From: Eledone cirrhosa
Lineage: Eukaryota
NCBI GenBank assembly: GCA_964016885.1
Contig: OZ024740.1
Span: forward strand, 230,516,001-230,580,000
Direction: 5' to 3'
Length of the DNA: 64,000 nucleotides
Part shown: positions 63,649-64,000 of the stretch, in pieces
Layout: each line of letters opens with the position of its first letter
How positions within the stretch are numbered: position 1 is the stretch's first letter
Program-made: the position numbers and the translations under genes
Notes under the pieces: generated by a model
The model's database searches: none
What the model saw: the letters and a program-made list of their open reading frames with translations, nothing else
Told to the model about the DNA's origin: nothing

Positions 63649-63743
63649 GTTCTGGTGAGGCTTGTTTTGATGCTCTTGAAGCAAATCCATATCAATCTAA
63701 AGAACAGCGTCGAGAAACAGAAGTGAAAATGTTACTTGATAAG
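63649..63743 (+). CDS. WDR46: WDR46 coding exon 12 (gene continues beyond the window)
   Basis: SGEACFDALEANPYQSKEQRRETEVKMLLDK; donor gtaaat. Confidence 0.97.
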
Positions 63744-64000
63744 GTAAATATTTCTCAGAATAACTTTTTTTTTTTTTTTTTTTTTCAGTGTTTTCTGGTA
63801 TTGTTCCTTTACATTTATTTGACTTATGACATTTCTGTTATTTCATTGTTAACCCTTTGAAACCTGCTACCTCTGCAATCTCCAGCCCTGGCTATCCACA
63901 CAAAAATCATCGAAAAAAATGGTATTCATAAATTAAACCAGGTAGATCTGCTAGATCCCTGAATTGAAGGATCACAGCTCTGATATTACTGACATGTGGC

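Overview
This is AT-rich, repeat-dense animal genomic DNA; the SINE/LINE families suggest an octopus or other cephalopod (inference). Two spliced housekeeping genes lie head-to-head. CDC7 kinase is on the minus strand: 10 coding exons from 32559 to 14206, all GT-AG and phase-compatible, about 491 aa, with a candidate 5' non-coding exon and E2F site near 40.0-40.15 kb. WDR46/Utp7 is on the plus strand: 12 coding exons from 46434 to 63743, continuing past the window end. Most remaining sequence is transposable elements: three near-identical young RTE LINE copies, an older RTE, R4/Dong, CRE-like, CR1 and Ingi/Vingi-like fragments, Penelope-like elements, a decayed full-length Helitron, non-autonomous Helitrons, a Merlin (IS1595/ISXO2-like) element, a hAT deletion derivative, a decayed piggyBac, and many MITEs and SINEs. 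The most unusual structures are: (1) an ~11.9-kb segment (1479-13354) bounded by ~155-bp inverted repeats and enclosing a Helitron with a nested Penelope element; (2) a Merlin carrying an antisense copy of its own transposase 3' end, inserted between the two promoters; (3) several isolated hairpins, including a degenerate hammerhead. None of these is proven to be a new biological system from sequence alone.
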